This document shows positions 24,079 to 35,396 of a stretch of DNA of 64,000 nucleotides, in pieces. The stretch's first letter is position 1; each line of letters starts with the position of its first letter. The notes below the pieces were generated by a model, which was given only the letters and a program-made list of their open reading frames with translations, searched no databases and had not been told where the DNA came from. The position numbers and the translations under genes were made by a program. This DNA comes from Gracilinanus agilis (taxonomy: Eukaryota): positions 682,578,594 to 682,642,593 of the forward strand of contig NC_058131.1 in assembly GCF_016433145.1 (NCBI RefSeq), read 5' to 3'.

Positions 24079-26095
24079 AAAATGTATTATCTATTCAAAA
24101 TATTAGATATCTTTTCCTCTGATTTTCTGTTTCAATTCAATTAAAGTGTTGATGCACATTTATCATTTCCATGTAATCTTTATCACTTTTGTATTATTTC
24201 TCTTACTAAGAGCATGATTATGAACCCCACACAGGTTTGTACAAGTCACATTGGGTAGGAGAACATGCAAAGCATTTGGGCCAGTATGATACTTGCCCAC
24301 ACTTTTTGTCCACACACACAAAAAAAATCTCAAGTATTCTTCTGTTAGCTTGGCAGTTCAACATGAAACTTACTTCATATTTTATTTTCCTTATAGAAAT
24401 ATATGTGTTAGGACTTAACTGTGTACTTTCTTTTGGGTATAATTTATTAACATGTTAAATAATATTTATCCTGAACACACTGATGTGTCCTACATGACTA
24501 GCCTTGGAGTAAGGAAAACTTTAGTTTGAGTCCTGCCTGTAATATTACTGGCCCATCTAACCATGGACAAATCTCTATACTCTCCATTTTATTTTTTAAA
24601 AAATCTTTACATTCTGTCTTGCCATCAGTTCTAAGACAAAAGAACACCAAGGGCTGGGGAATCAGGGTTAAATGGCTTGTTCAGGGTCACACAGCCAGGA
24701 AGTGTCTGAGATCAGATTTGAACCTAGATTCTCCCAATTCCAGGCCTACCATTCTTTCTGCTCTACTCCCTAGCTTTCTCAAATTCTTACTTTCTTAGGT
24801 AATATTCTACGACTAAAAACCATAAAGTTTTACTGAATTGTATCAGCTGATAGAGTATTTACACCTTGAGTATACAACAATGAAATTGCAAGTCTAGGTC
24901 CAAACAATAAAACAAAGTCTTGTCCCAATAAACATTCCAAGGAAGACATCCAGAGAAATGCTCATTCATTATAACTTTTTCCCCACTAAATAAGATCATT
25001 TTTTACCTGTACCAGCATTCCCAACAGTCTGAAGGTGAACATTTAAAAAATATTCCCTTTGTGTAGAATTTTCTGAAAACTTTTAAAAGGATGAAATATA
25101 TATCCATTTTCTCCTACACCTACTCCAAATACTCAGATGTTTCTACTCTAAGGGAAACTACATTTCATTTCCCAAGATAGTTGGGGTTTATTGGAGAGTT
25201 TAGGATTTCCCTTATCTGTTAAGATTTTCAACTTGATTGATTACTCACAATCCACACCTTATGTATATTACCTTTGCATGGCATCCTATGGGATGATTAA
25301 AACTAGGCTAGAAGATACCCACTAATCTTTAACTTTCTGTCCTTATTTACTGTAAAGCATTTCAATTTACTTTTTTTTTCAGGAAGAGTTGACTTTTAGA
25401 TTTTACATATCAATATTGCAGTGAAATATCCTGAACTTGGATTTTAGAGACCTCAGTTTGAATCTTGTTTCTCACACTGAGTAGCCATGTCATCATGAGA
25501 TTCCTTTTCTATAAAATAAGGAATTGGACTGGATGTCCTCTAAAGTCTTTATGAGCACAAAAGCATAATCTTCTACAAATTGGAAGGAACATAGTATTAT
25601 CTGTACTAACTACCTCAGAGCATTTTTATAAGGATAGAGCTTCATAAATGAGAATTATTGTTATTCTGGCATCCATGAGAAGAGAGGAGGGTGGGAGTTA
25701 AATTAACCCTATAAATGGAGTCAAAGAACCTGATTTCAAATGTTTGATATGCTATTTACTGTCTGACATCTAGTCCACTTTGAGAACAAGAATATTGACT
25801 TTCCTTGCATATTCTAATAGCTATTTGTTTCAAGAAGTAGGCATTTCTCTTCTCACAAAAGCATACATGAAAATCTTCTGATAAGGCACTTTATTAGCCT
25901 AAACTTGACCTTGGAAATCTCTATTATTATTTCTTAATCTAATTTTGCTATTTTACTAATTATTTTCAAATTTTCTAATACTCATTATCTTTGCTGAGTC
26001 ACTAGCATAATATGTCCCTCTTAGAATCATAGGATCCTAATCAGACCTAGAAGAGACCTTTGACATCTTCTTGTAGAACCCATTTATTTAGAAGC

Positions 26096-27242
26096 CATTG
26101 TCCTCTCCCTTTCTTCTAAGCATGCCATCATTTTTCTTCAGTGATGGCCCCTTCATTAAACTAAGCTTGTTGATCTGCTGCATTCATCTTTTATTTAACT
26201 TTTAGTTTTTAAAAAAATTGATTTTTTTATAAAACCCTTACCTTCCATCTTGGAGTCAATACTGTGAATTGGCTCCAAGGCAGAAGAGTGGTAAGGGTAG
26301 GCAATGGGGGTCAAGTGACTTGCCCAGTGTCACACAGCTGGGAAGTGTCTGGGGTCAGATTTGAACCTCAGACCTCCCGTCTCTAGGACTGGTTCTCAAT
26401 CCACTGAGCTGTCCAGCTGCCCCCCCAAAATTGATTTTTGAAAGAGAAAACTGCAGTACTTTGCCTATTAAACAGTATATCTGCATATGGATTTGCATTT
26501 ATAATCTACTTCATGATATATTTGGAGAACAAGGAAATGCTGGGTTTTACTTCACATCACAAAGGAAATGGAGATCTAGAGATGTCTCAATGACATTCCC
26601 AAGATCATAAAGGAAGTAAATGAAAGAAGTATGATTTTATTCTGTCTTTAGACTACAAATCCTGTGTTCTTTCCTTATTACTTCATTTATCTTAATTCAA
26701 AATGTAACATTCACATAGTACTCCCTTCATCTGTTAACAATCCTTTCCATTCCTTCTCCATTACTCATACTAGATCACATCTATGTATTGATTTCTCAGG
26801 TCTTTATAGGTTATAATTACCTGGAGACATGAATACCTCTAATTATTCTACTTAGGACCTTATTTGATGCCAAGCATTTTAATTTGTCCATTTATTTATT
26901 TATTGATTAATTGATTGTTTGCATTTACATACTCTGATCTGGATTACTGGCTATATCTCATATGTGTTGAGTAAGATATCTCACCTTCATTGTCCTCTCC
27001 ATTTCTTCCAGCATGGCATTATTTTTCTTCAGTGAGGACCCTTCATTAAACCAAGATTCTGTTGCCTGTTAATCTTCTGCATTCATCTTTTTATTCAACT
27101 TAGTTGATTAAAAAATTGATTTTTGAAAAAAAGAATTATAATATTTTGCCTATGAAACAGTACATTTGCAAATGAATTTGCAATTATAATCTACTTCAAG
27201 ATATATTTGATCACAAAGAAATGCTGAATTTTATTTCACATA
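26096..27242. repeat. Old local duplication of an about 255-bp unit (copy 1 26096-26557 carrying a SINE; copy 2 26988-27242)
   Basis: cattgtcctctcc...cttcattaaac...tgcattcatctttt...aaaattgattttt...ataatctacttca...ttcacat present twice. Confidence 0.9.
26227..26426 (-). mobile_element. Young SINE1_Mdo-type SINE, full length, long-tail variant
   Basis: 13-bp TSD aaaattgattttt (26214-26226 and 26427-26439); empty site at 27112-27124. Confidence 0.93.
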
Positions 27243-27749
27243 TCCTTTCACACAATCAGAGATCACTAACCTGAGAAACTGTGACCTTTTATTAACAGAA
27301 TGTCATCATATTGCTGACAAGCCTTTGAAATGTTGTGTGTAGCCATTCAGGGGTTTAGGGACAGATCATCCCAAGAGGACTTATTACAGGAAATTATTAA
27401 TAGGTCTAACTAAAGATTAATGAGGCTAGTAAGAAATAAATGGACCCAATAAGAAAGAAATAGTTTTAAGGAGAATTTCAAACTTATTTTTAAAAGAGAA
27501 AAACAAATCAATACATTAAAAAATCTGACAATATATACAATGTTCCACACCCATGAAACACCACCCCCCCAATCTCTATAAATGAGATGGAGGAGGTATC
27601 TTCTCATATCTCTTCTTAGGGGCCTTAGTTTTTTTAAATTTTCTTTATTTTATTCCCTTAACAAATCTATGCATAAGTTTTCCAAAATTACATGATTCAT
27701 GTTGTCTTCCCCTCTTCCCTCCCCTTTCCCATAGTTGACAAGCAAGAAT

Positions 27750-28800
27750 TTCCAACTTATGATAGAAACCGATGATGGAAAACCTCATGAAAGACATAAA
27801 TGCCCTAAAAATTAGAAAAGGGCAAACAGATGGCCTATTCTCCTACAATGACTTAATTAAGAAACAAAAAATACTGAAACATAAAAGAAAAGGAAGAAGA
27901 AAAATAAGGACGAGGAAGAGGAGGAAAAGGAAAATAAGAAGAACAAAAAGAGAAGTATTTTTTATTTGAAAAATTTGGATATTTTAAAAAATAGATTAAA
28001 ACTAATTGATCAGGAAATCAAATCAAGGAGAGATAATCTAAAAATCATCAAACTATCTGAAAATCATGAGATAAATTCTGTTATAAGATTTACCATTCAT
28101 TTCAATTTTAGAAATAGATTTTCCACTTTTTTGCTTTAGAGTCCTGTGTAGTTACTGTTAATTCAAGGAAGCTTTCCAAATCATTCTTAAGTGACTGATC
28201 CAAATGGAGCTTCAGAAGAAGTCTTCTGTTATCATTCAGTATATGATAAAAAATCTGGATATCATATTTCAAGGATTTATGAATGATAATTGTCCATATT
28301 TCTAAAAACCAAAGGACAAATGGAAAATAGACTCCATTAGTTATTCCATAAAAGAAACCCCAAAATGAAAACTCACAGTAATATCCAAGCCAAAGTCCAA
28401 AACCTTTAGAACAAAGGATTAATGCAAGTAGCCTGAAAGAAGGAAGTCTAGTACGAAGGAAGGTAGGAATCACACAAAACTTTGCAAGGCCAACATTAAA
28501 GAAAGAAAAACCTACAATGTGATATTCAAAAGGGCAAAGCATAAAGGCTTATAATCGAGGATAAACTATCAGACAAAATTAAGGATAATTTTGTAATGGA
28601 AAAATGAACCTTTAATGGAATAATTTCCAAGTGTTCCGATGAAAAAGCTATTACTGTATAGATATTTTAAGATGCAAATGTAAGCATCAAAAGAAATAAA
28701 ATATATATAATTGATAAATTGAAAAGGGATACTGAAAGATGAAGTGTTTATATACTAATAGTGGGATAAGAAACATTATGTCATCTCACAGCTTTAATAG
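27750..28800 (+). mobile_element. Old L1 ORF1-region fragment
   Basis: ...tcaaggagagataatctaaaaatcatc..., ...ttcaaaagggcaaagcataaaggcttataa... parallels ORF1 of the L1 at 62700-63250. Confidence 0.7.
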
Positions 28801-29229
28801 TCATATAAAGGGCTAAATAAAATAGGAGTCCTAGGAATGAATTTATTCTCTGTTTATGGTCTTAGGAGAACACAGAAATGGAAGGAATTATAGTTGGGAG
28901 GAAAGGAAATGAAAGATAAGGGAAATTATCATATAAAAGAGATGGATCAAATGAATAGTATTTAAAGATGGGGAAAAAAGATAAGCATAAAGGGATCCAA
29001 AGAAACTCACATTCCTCTCAACCAAAAAAGAAAGTTGAATATGATTTTTATATAGAGACAGGATCAGAGAAAGAAACAGAGATTAATCTGATATTTTACA
29101 GCAGAAAAATGTTTGAGCTATTAGAAAACCAGTCAAAATCTTGGGATTTTCCATCTTTATTACAAGAATATGCTTGTACAAAACAAACCCATACAGAAAC
29201 TAGATTATAAATCTCTAATTCCTTACTCC

Positions 29230-29395
29230 TTATTTACTAGATAGAGATACTTTTCTGAGAGTTTCCCTGATATCTTCGTTCCTGAAAGTACTGATGAGAT
29301 GATTTAAGGTGAGCCTAACTTTCATGTATAACACAGCCTCAAATTTCCTACTTTTAGGAGAATAACTAGAGATGGAACTGACATAGGCATTAGTA
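29230..29395 (-). pseudogene. OR pseudogene fragment, C-terminal TM7 region, paralog of OR B
   Basis: AYVSSISSYSPKSRKFEAVLYMKVRLTLNHLISTFRNEDIRETLRK vs OR B [46 protein letters not shown]. Confidence 0.88.
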
Positions 29396-30499
29396 AACTC
29401 TAAAATTGCTTCTCTTCCCATTCCACAGGAGCTCAGACTACTCATAAAAATTATAAGTCTTAAAGTATAGGAAAATCTTAAATTAGAGTCCTTAGAGTTT
29501 AATTTTTAGATTTAGAATTAGAGTTTTAGATTTTTTATTTTTAAATTTTTTTAGATTTAGATTTAAAATTAGAGTTAAGTCCCAAATTAAATTGTCATTT
29601 TTTAACTGAGGAATATGAAGCCCACAATGCTTAGATTTAACTTCCCTGGGTCTCAATTCCCTCACTGGCAAAATTTGTGTTGGATTAGATGGTTTCTTAA
29701 GCCTTTTCCTAACTTAGCTTGGAAATGTTATGGTCCTGGGATTCTAGGAAAATTCAATTTGTCTTTCATCTAACAGTAGGTAGTGCCAGACTTAATCAGC
29801 CAAGAAACATATAGTAAGTCCTTGCAGTATGCAAGACATTAGGTCAAGATTTGAACTCAATTTTCATGACTCCTACTTCAGTTAACTGGAATTCCAGGTG
29901 CAGTGGCAACATGATTTCCTATGAGATAAAGACAAGATTTTTTCTTTTATTTGGATCTTCCAACTTTACAATTTGCTACATGTGTTATCCTGTCAAAACA
30001 TCTAATTTCTCTGGACCTAAGTTTCTTCATCTTTAAAAAGAAGGGGATCAACTAACATGACCTCCCATGTGACTGAGAACTCTAAAATTGTGTTATATAT
30101 TATGATTCTATGATTTCTTCTATTTTACCCATTGACAACCAAGTATTTCTTTATTGTATTTGACATTAGAAAATGTATATGTTACTTCCATCATTTGAAA
30201 AGAATTCCTGGGGTGTAACATGGTTCAGAGATCAGGATCATATGATGTCAGCTTTGGAACTTCTTGACTAATTGTATTACTCTATAGCTTATCAATATCA
30301 ACATAGAGTACCCCAAAGTGGGCTCTACTCCTAAATAACTTTATGAGTTGAAGAAACACATAACCACACACTGAAAAGTAGCAACAAAAATTATTTTAAT
30401 GATATAATAAGGAGTTAGTCCCAAAGCCTAGAGGATTTGTGTTAAAGTTCTTTCTTTTATGTATATTTAATGTGTGATTCTAGGCAAACCACTTATGCT

Positions 30500-30940
30500 C
30501 TAAGGACACTAGGCAATTCTCCCACTAAAATATGTAGAGAAGGTGCTGATCTACATTGGTATAATGAGTTTTTCCCCTGGAAGTTTCTTATATCAGTGAA
30601 ATCACTGGTCAAGTTCCTATCCCCATAGTTAACATTAGAAATTGCTATCCATTCATTATCATTCTCTTTTACCAGGGCATTCCTGAAAAAAAAAAAACAA
30701 GAAAGTAATAGCAGGGCCCTTACACATCTCAGGAAAATCATTTAACCTACCTTTGCCTCAATCCTTCATCTATAAATGAGGGGGTTAACCTCAACGACCT
30801 CTAAGGACCCTTACATTTCTAGATCTATGATTCTTTGAACATATGACTCTTTACAGCAGAGTATATTTCCAGACTCCCAAATGACCAACAGATCTAGACA
30901 ATAGAAAAATCTAGTGAATATATTGTTTTCTAATCTAAAA
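30500..30940. repeat. Third copy of the OR B upstream flank
   Basis: attctcttttacca...ttcctgaa...aatcatttaacct.cctttgcctcaatc...ctctaagg.ccctt matches 23010-23520 and 17930-18260. Confidence 0.85.
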
Positions 30941-31272
30941 AAATATATTTGACATAACAAAAAGAAATATATTATTAAAGGCTCTCTTCAACACCTCCAT
31001 AGTCTTGGAGAAGAGACACAAACATATTTCCTCAGAGAGATAAGGGACTATTAAGATAAAATAGGATATATTACTTTATACATATAAATATACACTTATA
31101 TTATCATAAGCTGATATATTATAATATATGTATGTATTATACATAAGTATGTCTTAGATACATACACATTTATGCAAATGTATGTGTTGTCATTCTCTAT
31201 ATGATATATTTTGCATGATTTGGGATTTTTTTATCATAAAGGAAGCTTTAATCAGAGTAAGGGGATAGTTAT

Positions 31273-31431
31273 NNNNNNNNNNNNNNNNNNNNNNNNNNNN
31301 NNNNNNNNNNNNNNNNNNNNNNNNNNNNNNNNNNNNNNNNNNNNNNNNNNNNNNNNNNNNNNNNNNNNNNNNNNNNNNNNNNNNNNNNNNNNNNNNNNNN
31401 NNNNNNNNNNNNNNNNNNNNNNNNNNNNNNN
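31273..31431. other. Assembly gap (N run)
   Basis: Run of n. Confidence 1.
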
Positions 31432-31935
31432 TCAAGAGGAACCAAATGGTATCATGGGTGTCATCTTTTAACTTTCACGTGAATTGGATTTAAGTGAGAT
31501 AGAGTTGCACAAAGTCATCAGCCTCACTCTTCTAGTCATTGGCGACCAATGACAGGACAAAAGTCTATATGGCTATTGATGGTTTGGGATGCAATGAATG
31601 GCCTTGGCTTCTTCAATGTCTGACCAAGGTCTAGTGCTCCACAGCACTTGCTTCAGTGGCCTTCATAGCCATTGGAACAAATTGTTCTCATCTGCCCCTT
31701 CCACCAGAAGTCTTCACATGCCAGGGATAGACACTCTCCTAATTCACCAACAGTTTTGAGATCTGTTGGTTACTCTGAACCTGCTTTAGCCTACCTTCTG
31801 AGATAATCTACTTCATGTGCTATTGCTTTGTGGAACCACAGATTAGGTTTGAGGGGACAGGTGGACACCAAAGGTGGATGAGCAGCCTTGAAAAGAGTTA
31901 GACAAGCTCCCATATCAGAGATAACAGTCTTCCCT
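31432..31935 (-). mobile_element. Marsupial RTE-type LINE/RTE-SINE fragment
   Basis: aattggatttaagtgag.tagagttgcacaaagtcatcagcctcactct...gaggggacaggtggacaccaaaggtggatgagcagcc resembles marsupial RTE 5' sequence (recall). Confidence 0.6.
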
Positions 31936-32064
31936 AAACACCAATATACCTCATTCATGTTAAAGAATAATATCTCTCCAATATATAGTTTGGGATCATA
32001 CAAGATTCCTGGATAAAAAAAACCATAGAGATAGCCATAATTAACCTTCTGAGAACTAACTGAA

Positions 32065-32115
32065 AACTGCTGTGTACAACACAGCTATTAATTTCCCATT
32101 TTCAGGAGAATAGCT
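32065..32115 (-). pseudogene. 51-bp OR B fragment (TM7 region)
   Basis: 47 of 51 nt identical to 21441-21491. Confidence 0.85.
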
Positions 32116-32739
32116 CATTGATGAATTAATCAAATTATTTGAGACAATTAGGGAATTCCCAAATAACTTGTATTAATAGCTGAATGATATAAGTAGTTTA
32201 AGTTGAACAAATAAAGAAAGAATGAAGACAAGAACTCATAGAAGAAGAGAAACATTTATTGATTTTGGAAGCAAATGGAATCCAGGAGACAAAAGTATTT
32301 TGAACTTCAGATTGGCTGGCTATATAACCTTAAAGGTTCAAATCTGAATGGGAAGAGGGGAAAATATAATTTGTATATGAACAGACTGAAAAATTGTCAT
32401 GAAATGTTATAAGAAAGATATCCTAGCATATTTTTGTATTTTTAATAAAATTGAAAGCATTTAAATAACATATTAAAGTGGACCCAGGATCATCTCCCTA
32501 ATTGAAATGTGTTCAATAGGTCTTGGGTTAGCAAAGTTAGTTTATAATTCGAACAGTATGTACAAAATATGGGTGAAATTGAAAATAGAACTATTACCAC
32601 AAGAATTAATGTTATAGAGGGAAAACAATTTTTCTTAAATACCCAACCTTATAGTCAACATAATTCAACCTTAAAAATTATTTTCCCATCTTTGTAACCT
32701 AAACAAGAATTATTTTTGTATCCCCATTATCTAGCACAG

Positions 32740-33070
32740 TGCTTAACATATAGATCAGTCAACCAGCATGCCAGTAAATATTTCTTAGCTGTCTACAATA
32801 TGTCAGACACCATACTGTGTTGGAAGTGCCATTTGAAACAAAAATAATCTCTGCTCTCAATGAACTCACAATCTGATGGGGAAAGTAGTATGTAAACAAC
32901 TATATAGAAACAAGATACATAATAGATAAGTAGGAAATAGTTAACAGAGGGAATTCACTAGAATTAGTAGGAATAAGGAAAGGGTTTCTATGGAAAGTGA
33001 AATTTCAGCTGGGACTTGAAGGAAGTCCAAGATGCTAGGAGGCAGAGATAAGGAGAGAAAGTAGTTCATG
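32740..33070 (-). mobile_element. L2 3' fragment
   Basis: taatctctgctctcaatgaactcacaatctgatggggaaag...gggacttgaaggaag typical of antisense L2. Confidence 0.75.
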
Positions 33071-33712
33071 AACTTTGGTTGAATTAAATTTAAACAAATC
33101 TTTACACATGTAAATGCAATCCCTCATTGAATAAGTACCTGGAATCAGAGCATGGTTTTATACGCTTTGTTTTTCTGGCTTGAACCTTGTCCCATAATTC
33201 TAGTCATTCCACACAAAGGGGAATGAAAGGACTTTAGCTCCAAGTTACAAAATGTTCCATAACCAGAGTTAAAATGAACAGAATATAATTATTGGTTCCA
33301 TTGAATTACATCCCACATTTTTGGCGTCTTTTGTATCTGTAATCTATTTTAGGAGAAATTGAATCAGAAAACCTGAGTTTGAGTCTGAGGTCTTACACTT
33401 ATTTATTAGATATGTGACCTCAGGAAAATCACTTAATCTCTCTAAGTCTCAGTTTCCTCAGTTATATTATGTGTAAAATAATCACAACTGTTATATTACT
33501 AATCTCATAGGCTTGGTTGCAATGAAAAAATGCTTTCTCAATCTTAAAAAATATTTTAGAAGTATGAGCTGGAAGGGACTAATTTTGTCTATTTCCCTAG
33601 TGCTGGGAAGGGTCTATTACAATGCCACATTAAAATCTTCTTAAGAGATGAAGATAGTTGACTTTTTTTATTTTTTGAACCAACCTTTCTTAGATTTTAA
33701 TTCAATCAGTTA

Positions 33713-34642
33713 TCATTTCTCCTTGAGAAATATAAAGAGCTTTTTGAGGGCCCTTTTGACATCCTTATTTCTTAAAGTATAAATAAGAGGATTCAGAGTG
33801 GGACTCACTGTGGAATAAAGCACAGCCATGATTTTGCCCTTATCTGGACAGTAGCTGGAGCCTGGGCTTAGGTAGACATAGATCACAGTAGAATAGTACA
33901 TGGTCACTACGGTGAGGTGAGAGGAGCATGTGGAAAATGCTCTCTTCTTGCCCTCTGTGGTCTGGATTGCCATGATACTGAAGATGATGAAGCCATAGGA
34001 TAGCATGGTGAGCAGGAAATTCAGAACAGCAAAGAATATATCAGCGATGATTGTCATGATATCATTCACATAGGTGGAAGAGCAGGAGAGAGGCAGCAGA
34101 GAAGGGATCTCACAAAGGAAATGATCAATTACATTGGGACCACAGAATGACAACCTCAACAAGAGGCTGGTATTTGTCGTGGCACCAAATGCACTGATTC
34201 CCCACACAGCTACAGCCAAGGAGACACAAACTTGCTTACTCATCATCTTGCTGTAATGCAGAGGCTGGCAGATGGCTGCATAACGGTCATAAGCCATGGC
34301 TGTGAAGAGCAAGAGTTCAGCAGCTACAGACCAAGTCAGGAAGTACAACTGAGTCATACAGCCCCCAAAAGAAATGGTCTTGTCTTCTCCTCCTAGAATC
34401 TGTAGCAACTTGGGTACAGAAGTGCAAGTGCAGATAACATCCAACAAAGCCAAATTGACCAGGAAGAAGTACATTGGAGTGTGAAGCCCTGAGCTCAGGC
34501 TAATGGCTGCCACAATGAGAGAATTGCCAATAAGAGCTATGATGTAGAGGAAGAGAAAGAGGATGAAAAATGGAACCTGGAACTGAGGAATCTCTGTGAG
34601 ACCCTTTAAAATAAATTCTGTCACAAAAGTCTGATTATTCAT
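33713..34642 (-). CDS. Olfactory receptor family 13 (OR13A/G-like), OR C, intact, 309 aa
   Basis: MNNQT start; [49 protein letters not shown]; acceptor tcttcactttatag|g at 34676. Confidence 0.95.
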   Translation of the reverse strand: [309 protein letters not shown]

Positions 34643-35120
34643 GACTTTGTCGCTGTTATATTAGTCATCAGAGTCCTATAAAGTGAAGACTTTTTTCTTC
34701 TTTCATAGCTCAGCTATGCATAAAATAGACGTCAATGTCACTTTTTCTGCCAATTTCTTGAGGAATTAAATAACACTGCTTAAAAGAAAATATTTTCTTT
34801 CATAAAGCAATAAAAAATGAATGCAATTCTCACAAATATTTTTAAAATATTAAAAATTCAGCCTTTCCTCATGACTTTCCCCCCAATATACTTCAATACT
34901 TAATATTCTCTATGTTACTGTGAAATTTTTTTCTTATATATGTTGGCTGACAAACTCTCTCACATCATGCCTAATCTAGCTAGATTCTGTTCTCTTAGCT
35001 TAGCTTATAAAATGTCAATTATATCAGTTTCCCTCACCTTCCAAACATTCAACAAAATAGTTAAGAATTAACTAACCCTTACACCTTCCAGCAGTGAGAA
35101 AATACAGCTAGATAGACAAA

Positions 35121-35217
35121 AAGGAAGGAAGGAAGGAAGGAAGGAAGGAAGGAAGGAAGGAAGGAAGGAAGGAAGGATGGAAAAAAGGAAGGAGGAAAGA
35201 AGGAAGGAAGGCGGGAA
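35121..35217. repeat. (GGAA)n microsatellite running into assembly gap
   Basis: Read directly. Confidence 0.95.
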
Positions 35218-35396
35218 NNNNNNNNNNNNNNNNNNNNNNNNNNNNNNNNNNNNNNNNNNNNNNNNNNNNNNNNNNNNNNNNNNNNNNNNNNNNNNNNNNN
35301 NNNNNNNNNNNNNNNNNNNNNNNNNNNNNNNNNNNNNNNNNNNNNNNNNNNNNNNNNNNNNNNNNNNNNNNNNNNNNNNNNNNNNNNNNNNNNNNN
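35218..35396. other. Assembly gap (N run)
   Basis: Run of n, flanked by (GGAA)n and (TACA)n-like repeats. Confidence 1.

Noticed and set aside
29445-29585. Repetitive ttagatttag/ttagagtt AT-rich stretch next to the OR fragment
   Set aside because: Low-complexity DNA without a defined unit; no supportable function.
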